DNA of 64,000 nt, from positions 310,001 to 374,000 of the forward strand of contig CBDIWN010000008.1 in NCBI GenBank assembly GCA_965285935.1, read 5' to 3'. The notes under the pieces are model-generated. The model was not told where the DNA came from. It did no database searches and worked only from the letters and a program-made list of their open reading frames with translations. Of the stretch, positions 13,330 to 26,610 are shown piece by piece. Position 1 is the first letter of the stretch. Each line of letters begins with the position of its first letter. Origin of the DNA: Ophelia neglecta (taxonomy: Eukaryota). Made by a program: the position numbers and the translations under genes.

Positions 13330-13514
13330 CAGTGGCGATTCCAGGATTTCAGGAGGGGGGGGGGGGTGCTGACAAGGCAAATGTCTGGATTGTCCCCGTT
13401 ACCAACCCTCCGAAAGCACCTTGCTTGGGTCCAGAAATAAGCCCTGGTAAAAGCCCACTTTTGGGCCCCTTGGTTGGGCCCCCTGCCCCCCCCCCCCCCC
13501 CTTAATCCGCGACT
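13330..13514. mobile_element. MITE-like element with poly-G/poly-C arms; duplicate at 16578-16762
   Basis: Starts cagtggcgattccagg plus a G-run and ends with a C-run plus ttaatccgcgact (imperfect terminal inverted repeat). Non-coding, ~185 bp. Confidence 0.45.
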
Positions 13515-13569
13515 TTTGCTACTGTGCAAGAATGTATTCCCGGGGCAAACGCAGTGTAAACGCAGCTAG

Positions 13570-15677
13570 AATTGGATGGGGGATGGGGCCTTATCCTAAT
13601 TGGACGGGGGTGGGGCCTTATTCTAATTGGATAGCGGGTGGGGCCTTATCCTAATTGGATGTGGGGTTGGGCCTTATCCTAATTAGATGGGAGATGGGGC
13701 CTTATCCTAATTTGATGGGGGGTGGGTCCTTATCCTAATTGGATGGGGGATGGGGCCTTATCCTAATTGGATGTGGGTTTGGGCCTTATCCTAATTGGAT
13801 GGGGGATGGGTCCTTATCCTAATTGGATGGGGGTGGGGCCTTATTCTTATTGGATAGGGGGTGGGGCCTTATTCTAATTGGATGTGGGGTTGGGCCTTAT
13901 CCTTATTGGATGTGGGGTTGGGCCTTATCCTAATTAGATGGGGGATGGGGCCTTATCCTAATTGGATGAGGGATTGGTCCTTATCCTAATTGGATGGGGG
14001 ATGGGGCCTTAGCCTAATTGGATGGGGGATGGGGCCTTATCTTTATTGGATAGGGATGGGGGATGGGTCCTTATCCTAATTGGATGGGGCTTGGGTCCTT
14101 ATCCTAATTGGATGTGGGGTGGACCCTTATCCTAATTGGATGTGGGTGGGGCCTTATCCTAATTGGATGGGGGTGGGGCCTTATCCTAATTGGATGGGGG
14201 TGGGGTGGGGGGGGGGGGCTTATACTAATTGGATGGGGATGGATCCTTATCCTAATTGGATGGGGGATGGGGCCTTATTCTAATTGGATGGGGTTTGGGG
14301 CCTTATCCCAATTGGATAGGGATGGGGCCTTATCCTAATTGGATGGAGATGGGGCCTTATCCTAATTAGATGTGGGGTTGGGCCTTATCCTAATTGGATG
14401 GGGGATGGGGCCTTATCCTTATTGGATCGGGGATGGGGCCTTGTCCTCATTGGATGGGGATGGGTCCTTATTCTCATTTGATGGGGATGGTGCCTTATCC
14501 TAATTAGATGTGGGGTTGGGCCTTATCCTAATTGGATGGGGGATGGGGCCTTATCCTAATTGGATGGGGATGGGGCCTTATCCTAATTGGATGGGGGATG
14601 GGGCCTTATCCTAATTGGATGGGGGGTGGGTCCTTATCCTAATTGGATGTGGGGTGGACCCTTATCCTAATTGGATGGGGGTGGGGCCTTATCCTAATTG
14701 GATGGGGGTGGGGTGGGGGGGGGCTTATACTAATTGGATGGGGATGGATCCTTATCCTAATTGGATGGGGGATGGGGCCTTATTCTAATTGGATGGGGTT
14801 TGGGGCCTTATCCCAATTGGATAGGGATGGGGCCTTATCCTAATTGGATGGAGATGGGGCCTTATCCTAATTAGATGTGGGGTTGGGCCTTATCCTAATT
14901 GGATGGGGGATGGGGCCTTATCCTTATTGGATGGGGGATGGGGCCTTGTCCTCATTGGATGGGGATGGGTCCTTATTCTCATTTGATGGGGATGGTGCCT
15001 TATCCTAATTAGATGTGGGGTTGGGCCTTATCCTAATTGGATGGGGGATGGGGCCTTATCCTAATTGGATGGGGATGGGGCCTTATCCTAATTGGATGGG
15101 GGATGGGGCCTTATCCTAATTGGATGAGGGGTTTGGCCTTATCCTAATTGGATGGGGGATGGGTCCTTATCCTAATTGGATGGGGGGTGGGTCCTTATCC
15201 TAATAAGATGGGGGATGGGTCCTTATCCTAATTGGATGTGGGGTTGGGCCTTATCCTAATTGGATGGGGGATGGGTCCTTATCCTAATTGGATGGGGGGT
15301 GGGTCCTTATCCTAATAAGATGGGGGATGGGTCCTTATCCTAATTGGATGTGGGGTTGGGCCTTATCCTAATTGGATGGGGATGGGGCCTTATCCTAACT
15401 GGATGGGGATGGGGCCTTATCCTAATTTGAAGGGGGATGGGGCCTTATCCTAATTGGATGAGGGGTTTGGCCTTATCCTAATTGGATGGGGGATGGGTCC
15501 TTATCCTAATTGGATGGGGGGTGGGTCCTTATCCTAATAAGATGGGGGATGGGTCCTTATCCTAATTGGATGTGGGGTTGGGCCTTATCCTAATTGGATG
15601 GGGATGGGGCCTTATCCTAACTGGATGGGGATGGGGCCTTATCCTAATTTGAAGGGGGATGGGGCCTTATCCTAATT
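13570..15677 (+). repeat. G-rich 27-28-bp satellite/minisatellite array 1 (~75 units; consensus CCTTATCCTAATTGGATGGGGGATGGGG)
   Basis: Directly visible tandem units with diagnostic variants. Confidence 0.98.
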
Positions 15678-16817
15678 ACGTATCGACATTCCGAAGCTCT
15701 ACGCCAATATATTAGTGACTCAAAATGAACCGAACATTTCCTAAATACTAAATAGGGTGCTGTTATTACATGCGGGGCGGTTTAGTTTTACTCCAAACCC
15801 CTGGAACCGGCCTTTTTTTATCGACCGTGTGTTGTCCTGTTTAAAGTCAGTTTGCCTGTTCAACTGTTTAATAAGATTTTATTAATTGGCATAGGTATTA
15901 TATCTGCAGGTGACCATAATTGCACAGACCCATCCAGGGCATCGTTTACATTGTGCAGATTTGCCAAGCAAAGACTATTGCAACTTTATAATGCGAGAAA
16001 CAGAAGAAAAGAAATATCATAAAACTATTCAAACCTTATAGTTTTATTGCATTCCATTGGCAGGTTCATAATATAAACGTATGTGGATTGGTCAGCCATT
16101 TTTATGATGAAAATATATAATTTTTGCACCCAACCATTTTGCCACCCAACCAGTTGTGACCCAACGAATTTGGCGAAGATATTATATCTACAGGTGACCA
16201 CTATGGAACAGATCTATTCAAGGCATCATTTTTCAGACTTGTCAGCCAGCAGACCATTGCTGGTGACATTTTATAATGGTTGGAACAGATGTACAAGATT
16301 AAGTTTATTTCATATACATGTATAGTAGACTAAATTGGGACCAAACCATTTTGGCACTGTATATTATGTATATAAGTGACCATTTGGACATGCCCATTCA
16401 TAGCCTTTATATACAAATTTTGTAAACATCACAGGCAGCCGGGCATTGGACGTTTTAAGTTTAACTAGGTGAAACAGAGAAAAATTATTACTTAAATGCA
16501 AATTATAATATGAATGGAGATATGATTGCGGTCGATAAAGTCTATAGGCACATAGAGTCATAGGCGGTCTATACATACAGTGGCGATTCCAGGATTTCAG
16601 GAGGGGGGGGGGGGGGTGCTGACAAGGCAAATGTCTGGATTGTCCCCGTTACCAACCCTCCGAAAGCACCTTGCTTGGGTCCAGAAATAAGCCCTGGTAA
16701 AAGCCCACTTTTGGGCCCCTTGGTTGGGCCCCCTGCCCCACCCCCCCCCTTAATCCGCGACTTTTGCTACTGTGCAAGAATGTATTCCCGGGGCAAACGC
16801 AGTGTAAACGCAGCTAG

Positions 16818-18999
16818 AATTGGATGGGGGATGGGGCCTTATCCTAATTGGACGGGGCTGGGGCCTTATTCTAATTGGATAGCGGGTGGGGCCTTATCCT
16901 AATTGGATGTGGGGTTGGGCCTTATCCTAATTAGATGGGAGATGGGGCCTTATCCTAATTTGATGGGGGGTGGGTCCTTATCCTAATTGGATGGGGGATG
17001 GGGCCTTATCCTAATTGGATGTGGGTTTGGGCCTTATCCTAATTGGATGGGGGATGGGTCCTTATCCTAATTGGATGGGGGTGGGGCCTTATTCTTATTG
17101 GATAGGGGGTGGGGCCTTATTCTAATTGGATGTGGGGTTGGGCCTTATCCTAATTGGATGTGGGGTTGGGCCTTATCCTAATTAGATGGGGGATGGGGCC
17201 TTATCCTAATTGGATGAGGGATGGGTCCTTATCCTAATTGGATGGGGGATTGGGCCTTAGCCTAATTGGATGGGGGATGGGGCCTTATCTTTATTGGATA
17301 GGGATGGGGCCTTATTCTAATTGGATGTGGGATGGAGCCTTATCCTAATTGGATGGGGATGGGGCCTTATCCTAATTGGATGGGGGATGGGTCCTTATCC
17401 TAATTGGATGGGGCTTGGGTCCTTATCCTAATTGGATGTGGGGTGGACCCTTATCCTAATTGGATGTGGGTGGGGCCTTATCCTAATTGGATGGGGGTGG
17501 GGCCTTATCCTAATTGGATGGGGGTGGGGTGGGGGGGGGGGCTTATACTAATTGGATGGGGATGGATCCTTATCCTAATTGGATGGGGGATGGGGCCTTA
17601 TTCTAATTGGATGGGGTTTGGGGCCTTATCCCAATTGGATAGGGATGGGGCCTTATCCTAATTGGATGGAGATGGGGCCTTATCCTAATTAGATGTGGGG
17701 TTGGGCCTTATCCTAATTGGATGGGGGATGGGGCCTTATCCTTATTGGATCGGGGATGGGGCCTTGTCCTCATTGGATGGGGATGGGTCCTTATTCTCAT
17801 TTGATGGGGATGGTGCCTTATCCTAATTAGATGTGGGGTTGGGCCTTATCCTAATTGGATGGGGGATGGGGCCTTATCCTAATTGGATGGGGATGGGGCC
17901 TTATCCTAATTGGATGGGGGATGGGGCCTTATCCTAATTGGATGTGGGGTTGGGCCTTATCCTAATTGGATGTGGGGTGGACCCTTATCCTAATTGGATG
18001 GGGGATGGGGCCTTATTCTAATTGGATGGGGTTTGGGGCCTTATCCCAATTGGATAGGGATGGGGCCTTATCCTAATTGGATGGAGATGGGGCCTTATCC
18101 TAATTGGATGGGGGATGGGGCCTTATCCTAATTGGATGGGGATGGGGCCTTATCCTAATTGGATGGGGGATGGGGCCTTATCCTAATTGGATGGGGATGG
18201 GGCCTTATCCTAATTGGATGGGGGTTGGGCTTTATCCTAATTGGATGGGGGGTGGGTCCTTATCCTAATTGGATGTGGGGTGGACCCTTATCCTAATTGG
18301 ATGTGGGTGGGGCCTTATCCTAATTGGATGGGGGTGGGGCCTTATCCTAATTGGATGGGGGTGGGGTGGGGGGGGGGGCTTATACTAATTGGATGGGGAT
18401 GGATCCTTATCCTAATTGGATGGGGGATGGGGCCTTATTCTAATTGGATGGGGTTTGGGGCCTTATCCCAATTGGATAGGGATGGGGCCTTATCCTAATT
18501 GGATGGAGATGGGGCCTTATCCTAATTAGATGTGGGGTTGGGCCTTATCCTAATTGGATTGGGGATGGGGCCTTATCCTTATTGGATGGGGGATGGGGCC
18601 TTGTCCTCATTGGATGGGGATGGGTCCTTATTCTCATTTGATGGGGATGGTGCCTTATCCTAATTAGATGTGGGGTTGGGCCTTATCCTAATTGGATGGG
18701 GGATGGGGCCTTATCCTAATTGGATGGGGATGGGGCCTTATCCTAATTGGATGGGGGATGGGGCCTTATCCTAATTGGATGAGGGGTTTGGCCTTATCCT
18801 ATTTGGATGGGGGATGGGTCCTTATCCTAATTGGATGGGGGGTGGGTCCTTATCCTAATAAGATGGGGGATGGGTCCTTATCCTAATTGGATGTGGGGTT
18901 GGGCCTTATCCTAATTGGATGGGGATGGGGCCTTATCCTAACTGGATGGGGGATGGGGCCTTATCCTAATTTGAAGGGGGATGGGGCCTTATCCTAATT
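16818..18999 (+). repeat. G-rich 27-28-bp satellite array 2 (~78 units)
   Basis: Same consensus and same terminal variants as array 1; internal unit order differs. Confidence 0.98.
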
Positions 19000-20682
19000 A
19001 CGTATCGACATTCCGAAGCTCTACGCCAATATATTAGTGACTCAAAATGAACCGAACATTTCCTAAATACTAAATAGGGTGCTGTTATTACATGCGGGGC
19101 GGTTTAGTTTTACTCCAAACCCCTGGAACCGGCCTTTTTTTATCGACCGTGTGTTGTCCTGTTTAAAGTCAGTTTGCCTGTTCAACTGTTTAATAAGATT
19201 TTATTAATTGGCATAGGTATTATATCTGCAGGTGACCATAATTGCACAGACCCATCCAGGGCATCGTTTACATTGTGCAGATTTGCCAAGCAAAGACTAT
19301 TGCAACTTTATAATGCGAGAAACAGAAGAAAAGAAATATCATAAAATTATTCAAACCTTATAGTTTTATTGCATTCCATTGGCAGGTTCATAATATAAAC
19401 GTATGTGGATTGGTCAGCCATTTTTATGATGAAAATATATAATTTTTGCACCCAACCATTTTGCCACCCAACCAGTTGTGACCCAACGAATTTGGCGAAG
19501 ATATTATATCTACAGGTGACCACTATGGAACAGATCTATTCAAGGCATCATTTTTCAGACTTGTCAGCCAGCAGACCATTGCTGGTGACATCTTATAATG
19601 GTTGGAACAGATGTACAAGATTAAGTTTATTTCATATACATGTATAGTAGACTAAATTGGGACCAAACCATTTTGGCACTGTATATTATGTATATAAGTG
19701 ACCATTTGGACATGCCCATTCATAGCCTTTATATACAAATTTTGTAAACATCACAGGCAGCCGGGCATTGGACGTTTTAAGTTTAACTAGGTGAAACAGA
19801 TGTACGACAAGAAGAATTAATAGACATTGAACTCATCCCAACCAAATAGGCACCATCGTGTTGTTTTGCATTAGCTAAAATATCAATTACAATGGTTGTA
19901 GTATTGTAAATCTTATAGTTTTCTGCATGGAAGATATACATTATGCGAGCAAGGCATCACATAAGTGCCACTCAGGGATTTTCCATTACAAATCTGGGGT
20001 AGAGCGTGGTATGGAAATATTCAGAATTCAGGGATAGGGGGATTAACATTTTACATTGGTATTATTGGTATAATCAACCTCTTATTGTAAATTACATGTA
20101 GAGACTATTCTCCATGTTGTTCTACTCTGCCTTATTTCCTGCTTCTTTGTGATGGCACTTCTATGTATAATCGTACTGACAGTGATGCTCTAAATGATCT
20201 TTTACAGTGACAGTGAAAAAAGGACCCTTTGGTAGGGAAACTGATTAAATTAGAGCAACATGAGGAATACTAAACTACAGAAATCATTTATTCTGGCATA
20301 GACTATAGAATTCACCGGGGTGATGTTTGATAACAAATCTATTATTAATTTGGAGAAGCACAAAAATTAATATAAAAAAAATTATTTGGGAGAAATTTTC
20401 CAAAATAACTAGACCTTGGTGATTTTCAAGCTAACTTAGGAGTAGGAAATTAGAATATCTTATGTACAGTTGCGTTCTGACGGTTCGCCCTGGCTCTTTA
20501 AACAATTGGGTAAATACTTGGTGGTTTGGCCAGTTATTTACCCGAAACCCACAATTTGACTGGTAACGTGATGTCTCATCCTATAAATATGAGATTGAAT
20601 TTTTTTACTACGATTTGGTTTGAAGGTCGGCTTCTATGGCCGATTTGTTTCATAACCTCTTTTTATAGCGTAATACTATTCG

Positions 20683-21260
20683 ATTTCACACAACCAAGTT
20701 GGTTTTATACAAGGTTGATATTCCAGTGAGATTATAAAGGCATTGGATGATAACTTAGAATACTTGAACGACAACCAATTACTCGGCTTCCTAGCCATTG
20801 ATTAGAAAAAAACCTTTGACAGTATCTGTCGAAAATTCATGGTTAAGTGTCTCGAACTTTCCAAATATGGTCCCATATTTATAACATGAGTTAAGACCGT
20901 CCTTAGTGGTTATAACGTCACAATTACTAATAATGGGTATATGACAAAACGCTTAATTTAGAAAGAGACATTAGACAAGGGTACCCCTTTTTACCCCTTT
21001 TATGTGCACTCGCTCTTGGCATATTCTCCTTGAAAATTAAGCAAACCCCTGGTATTCACGGAATTGAATTGACATATATTGGCCAAATGGTGGAAATCAA
21101 AATATTACAATATACTGATGACGGCGGCTGGATGATCTCGGGTGAAGAAGCCTTATGGCGCTTCCTAAGATTGATTAGTTTATTTGAAGTAATATCTGGG
21201 CCAAAACCGGAGCAATGAGGCTCTATGACGCTGGAAATACAGACGCAAAAAGATATGTAA
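20683..21260 (+). mobile_element. Decayed L1/Tx1-like non-LTR retrotransposon reverse transcriptase fragment
   Basis: Pieces read NQVGFIQG*, LAID*KKTFDSI..KFMVKCLE..KYGPIFIT*VK, TNNGY....LERDIRQGYP, GIHGI...KILQYTDD and ISGPKP. These match the L1/Tx1 RT motifs Q.GF..GR, IDFEKAFD, RG.RQG.PLSP, QYADD and SGLKIN, with stops and frameshifts. Confidence 0.8.
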
Positions 21261-22574
21261 TTGAAATGGAAACTGTATCCGTCTAATTATGTACTGATTC
21301 TGGGTATTCTGACCAAATATTAGGAAAAACCAGGAGAATTAGGAGCACATTGTGCATATACTCCAACTGCTATAATTCATCGACTTGCGTCACGGATAAT
21401 AGCAGTTGGAATATACACCCTAGGCATTCATAATTCCCGCTGTTTCCCTCAGTAAAGGACTCACTTCAATTCCTTTTAGCAATGTACAATATACTATATG
21501 GTCTGACATAAACACCACATAAAACCCAATTTAGTGGCGTGATTCACGCTCGACTTGGATTTCCTTAAAATATTTCTCATGTACTGCATACAGGCATCAA
21601 GATACCTATCCCATTGGAAGCCATTTTGACCGCTAAACGAGTCGTGGGATTTTCAGTGTATTCTATTAAATATCCAAGGTAGGTAATTGTACCAATTTGT
21701 TCTGTTGATGAACTATCTTACATAGTTCGCGGTTTACCAACGTGCGTAGGCTACAATGTTCATTAATTTTATATGCGTTTGGAAACTTGGAGACACCCTA
21801 TATATACCAGACGGGTATAACACAGCCACTGCAATATCATCGGCTGGCGACTGGGGGGAGTAGACATAGGACCGGAGCTTTCTGATTGTTGCTGGGGTGT
21901 GATGTGATGCTTTTTCATCGACGCGTATAGTACTTTTACCTCCAGGTCAAATGATGATTCTATAGAAATTCTTTTTTTAAACTCCTAATATACGCCCGCG
22001 GATAGTGACGGACAACGCCAAACAAAACGAGACATGAACATGCCTCCTTCTTAACACGATATATTAATCAACACTTTTTCCCGCTATAGCTTTGGTAGGA
22101 AGTTTACATGGGATATGGACACCTATTACTATTCTATTCTTCTTTCAGAGAAAATCCCGAGGCCGTCGGGAGGTTGACCTCTCAGTATAATTGGGCTCCC
22201 CCCCCCCCCCAGCAACATCCATATTTTCTAGAAGGGATACTTATTCCACAATCATCACATTTTTCCGACCCAGCACACGTTCGAAAACCCCAATTCTCTC
22301 AGTAAATGTTTGCTTGTATGACTTACTGGATTGTAAACTGTTCCCTGGAGCCGAGCTTTGGGAAAGACCTGTGTGATCCTTCAATCATTTACCAAAAGCC
22401 GAAGTTTTGTTCTCAGTACGGGCCTGATATTTTATTGGGCAATGCGATTTAAATCTGGGCTCATATACAGTGTATACCCGGACTCTGGTATACTTATATT
22501 TAAAATTTTGGCTATAGTTTTAATATAAATTTTGCAGTTCGTTATTCAGGTTTTGTCCTGACATACCAGCAGCG

Positions 22575-23565
22575 CGATGTCTTCTAAACGTTGGGACACT
22601 GGGACTGCTGGGAATACTGGGACTGCTGGTATAATTGACAGAAATTCGCGTTTCCTTATTTTACACCAATTTATATAATATTAATAGTGATTGTTTAATC
22701 TTTACCGATATAGACTGTTATCAACCCAATTAAATTACTACAAAATATCCCAAACAAAAGGCTATAACCTCCCCTTAACCCCCCTCCCCAACCCAACCCA
22801 TGCCACAGGCTATGATAGTATACAATAGAACCTGTGGCAATGCTCCCCTCTAATGCAATAGTGCAAACTATTCCAAAAAATCTTCTATTCAATACAAACA
22901 GCTATAACCATGCCTATCCCCCCCCCCAAACCCCATCCATAACACAGGCTGTGATGGTCTCTGACAAAACTTTAGATTCGGCTTCGTCAAAATACAAGTG
23001 CATATTATTCCAAAAAATCCAATTATACATAATATCTATAACCCAAATATAATAGCGGCGACGGCGACGGTGCCACTGATTCCATAATATCTGCAGTTCG
23101 CGGATATAATTACAATCATGTCATCGTATAGGCCTATATACAGATATAGTATAAGTATGAGTAGGCTAATCCACATTCCATTGAAAAATTGATGATTCCG
23201 CGCCACTAAAATATAGTTTCAGTAAAATATATGATTTTCTGTCATTTCTGCATAGAACTGAAGGTCAATAATTGATATTAATTTGAACTGCATTAAATTT
23301 ACACACTATAAACTCGAGAAGTTTCCTCATCCCGCCTCCAAAGCGCACGTGACGGTCGAACTGCTCACCAAATAGATCAAACAGATGCCGACTTCAACTG
23401 GCCTGGTGACGTCTGCCGGTGACGTTACAAGCCGGCCGGGACTCGTAATGGTTGCCATGCCAGTGTGTGCAAGAAGTTGTATAATGTACGATAGCGTGTT
23501 GGGTGGCTAGTTCTTTTTTTCAGTAGTCCCAGCAGTCCCAGTGTCCCAGCGTTTAGAAGACATCG
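22575..23565. mobile_element. Non-autonomous TIR DNA transposon, Mutator-like (991 bp, 9-bp TSD)
   Basis: Left end cgatgtcttctaaacgttgggacactgggactgctggga is the reverse complement of right end tcccagcagtcccagtgtcccagcgtttagaagacatcg (1 mismatch). Flanked by the perfect direct repeat CCAGCAGCG at 22566-22574 and 23566-23574. No transposase ORF. Confidence 0.85.
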
Positions 23566-24765
23566 CCAGCAGCGAATTGTTCTCCTGGATCCCTATAGCT
23601 TTGCAACTACACAAAAAGTAAAGATTTACGACAACCAGCAGGTAATAACTCCTTTCTGTGAATAAGTTCATGCTCCACCGATATTGCATTGAGGGTTTCT
23701 TAAGTATGTCAGTGTATACAGGTACATATGCACACCTGTCAAGACGGCAGCCATATAAACAGCAACGCGCACTTGGCAAATTTTCCGAATCTCGTATTGC
23801 ATATAGAAGGCAAGTAAATATAACTTAATTTACAATACAATTGCATAAGCATGTTAATCTTCATAAAAATCTGAAGGTTGCAAACTAAACATATACGCAC
23901 GAGGTAAGACACAGCCCCCGCCCTAATTATAAAATGGCACTTTGTTATTTTTTAATCCATACCAATGACGTGACAAATGCTATATAAACAAGTTTATTGG
24001 GGGCATTCCAATATTATTTGGTTACAAAAACAATAGGAACTAATATCGAACATGCTACTTACGTATTTTGATTAGGAAAATAAGAAGGCAGTGATGTGCA
24101 GTAGACATAAAATTATCTATTCTAAAAGTTGATGTTTAACACTGCTTTCAATTTGGCATACATTTGCAAGGTCGATTCAATATAATTCATTTGACATTAT
24201 TTCAACAGCATTAAGAGCTATAAAAGATATTTCTTAAATATGAGTTATTAATAAATGTTCATACGAATCACATTATGACATCGAATTTGACCATGACCAA
24301 CCATTTTAAGGTCTATCACAAAAGTGGACAATTCTGAATAGATTTGTAAGCATTGGTCAGCATACAAGTATTTAGACTTGTATTCTGATAGAAAACAATA
24401 AGTTGACCATATGTACATCTTCATTGCATCGTGACTTTATATGACAAAATCACACAGGAGATGCTTGTTTCATGCTTAAGGTGGGTGATAAAGGAAGTAG
24501 TCGAATCATAAGGCGTCTCTTGGAATGTTCCCAATTTATTTGTGACATAAAGTACAAGGTCATCATCGTGTTTAAACTAAGACTGTTATTGCTTGGCAAC
24601 TAAATTCGAGGTTTTTGACAATTCAAAGCTCACCATTCTAATCACCGTTTAACTTTACTGGTTAACAATAAGTTAAAACAACTATGAATACTCAATACTG
24701 CCGCGGCCAACAACCCGGCGATCGAGTAATACCAATAAGTTCATAAAAAGAACATATCTACTAAC

Positions 24766-24838
24766 CTGTCTGAGAAGTAACTCTTGTAAGAAAAACACTT
24801 GAACTGACCAGCAAACAAATGTAAATGTTAGGAGACAT
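24766..24838 (-). other. Orphan signal-peptide exon with its upstream region (alternative first exon for gene A, or relic of a deleted paralog)
   Basis: Intact 73-nt exon [24 protein letters not shown](G)|gttagt. Intron homology stops at ~24640 and I found no exon-2 homolog between 12531 and 24640. Confidence 0.8.
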
Positions 24839-25984
24839 TATCAAAGTGCACGTACACACACCTCCGTAAGTGTGTTTATTGTGAACACTATGCCAGATTG
24901 AAGTGACTTACAGGTATGCGTACATTAAATATGAATATTAATAATGATATTACCTTCCTGCTTTCCGAGCGATCGCCTGAAAGTAAATACACCAGTCTAC
25001 ACCACGTTAAACAAACATACTTAATGGCCGAAGGATTACGTGTTTTTAATACATAATAGATAATGTTGTATGATTGTAAAAATATAATATATGGAAGTGG
25101 AAGTCCCATGGGTTGTATTTCGAACGCTTTATAACAATATCCATGCAATCGGATAGTATTTACCAATGGCAGTGACGATACTCATATTCATTAGATGAAT
25201 ATAATGAGATAATTTGTAAGCAATAAAATAAACATCATGTAAAATACAAATAAGGGGACTCAAACTCGTTCTCCATGGGGCGAACTTTAAGCAAATGAAA
25301 TCAAAGATATCCGCTGGGACAAGAATTGGATCATAGCTTTTTACCCAATGAAGGACGGGATTATAACGATGATTAAGTCTACACACATATATGAAACAAT
25401 GAAGCCCCGGAGCAGGGACACACACTGCTAGGCGAAGTTAGCAATATTCACCACATGGTTTATAATACTGGTATTTTAATACGGCCGTTACCTACATTTA
25501 TATCGACTATAAATACACAGACACACAAATAAAGCTACACTTGTGTGTGTGTTTATATCATAAATGCAAATTATAACATGAATGGAGGTATGATGGCGGT
25601 CGATAAAGTCTATAGGCCAATAGAGTCATAGGCGGTCTATACAAACTTGTTTTGGGCGTTTTCTCTTTGTAACCCGTCAAATTACGGTGACAACTGGGAC
25701 ACTGGAGAACGGCACAGATACAATTGTCAAATAGCGCCTCTACCAACAAGTGCAAGCCTGTGTATACAGAGCGAAGCGACGCTCAGTATACGTACGCGTA
25801 CATGATGTATGTGGCATTCGACACTTGTACCTGGGGTACCATAAGTCTAGGAGACAAGGACACCGGGGAATGTGAGTTTCCTTAACTCTGGGGCGGGCTG
25901 GGGCATTGTGGAGTGTGGGTTTAACTAAACCTATCTTGTCATAGAAACCGTTCTTTATAAGTTGCGCCCATGTCCGCTTGACTA

Positions 25985-26610
25985 TGGTGCCACGCAGTAC
26001 TTTTGTTACAGGTCGCAATTTTCGATGTAGCCCCTTTAGATTTGCAAATTCGTGCATGGCTCCAACCCTAAGATTGAAGTTGAATATGGCGGTTGCCTGC
26101 ACCGAAAACGTCGTTTTCGGGTAAACGCTCCTAATTCTTTGGGGAAGCAGGTATCGACTTCCGGTTGACGGTAAAATCATTTTCAGACCCCGGCCTCTCG
26201 GTTTGTCAGCAAGCGGCACACTCTCATTCTCGCCGATTGTCCGCTAGAAATTCCGAAAGTTCTGAAAATTAGCCACAGGAACTAGAATTCTGTAATTTTG
26301 CACACGACTTCCCTCGGGTTGAAAAAGGTGCCAAGCCAAATTTCAGAATTTTGTTGTACGGGCGCCGGCTACAGAGCCTACGAAAAAAGCACCTAAAGTT
26401 CCATCATCCGCCATATCTTGATGGGGCGTCGCACAAGAAATTTTCCGGAGCCAATAAATCTAGCTCAAAAAGTTTGGATAATCCCATACTGCCATGTGAA
26501 ATTTCGTTCGTTTGGCCCCCCGAGGCTTAGTTTTATGAGTTAAGACCAAAATTTTGTTCCAAATCTTATGGCTTTTATCGCTGGGAACTAGAAGTCACAG
26601 TGGCATCAAT
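25985..26610. mobile_element. Putative non-autonomous DNA transposon remnant; homolog at ~50357-50950
   Basis: GC-richer block starting ggtgccacgcagtacttttgttacag and ending gctgggaactagaagtcacagtggcatc (weak inverted similarity). Present in both duplication units. No credible protein. Confidence 0.35.

Larger units (their letters stand above)
13234..19800. repeat. Near-identical ~3.3-kb direct tandem duplication (13234-16478 and ~16482-19800)
   Basis: Both copies run aaattattacttaaatgc, MITE, satellite, tacgtatcgacattccg, through to gtgaaacaga. Only a few substitutions were seen in the non-satellite parts. Confidence 0.95.

Noticed and set aside
14080-18886. Gly/Trp-rich ORFs (LILIGWG, GPYPNWM repeats)
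   Set aside because: They are translations of the satellite, frequently interrupted by TAA stops and frame changes, with no splice or start context.
13570-18999. CRISPR-like appearance of the regular 28-bp repeats
   Set aside because: The units are contiguous with no unique spacers, there are no cas genes, and the context is eukaryotic. It is a satellite.
25740-26219. 159-aa minus-strand ORF, the longest unexplained ORF
   Set aside because: The paralogous copy at 50415-50603 has indels and an early stop, it lies in a TE-like block, and no domain was recognised.
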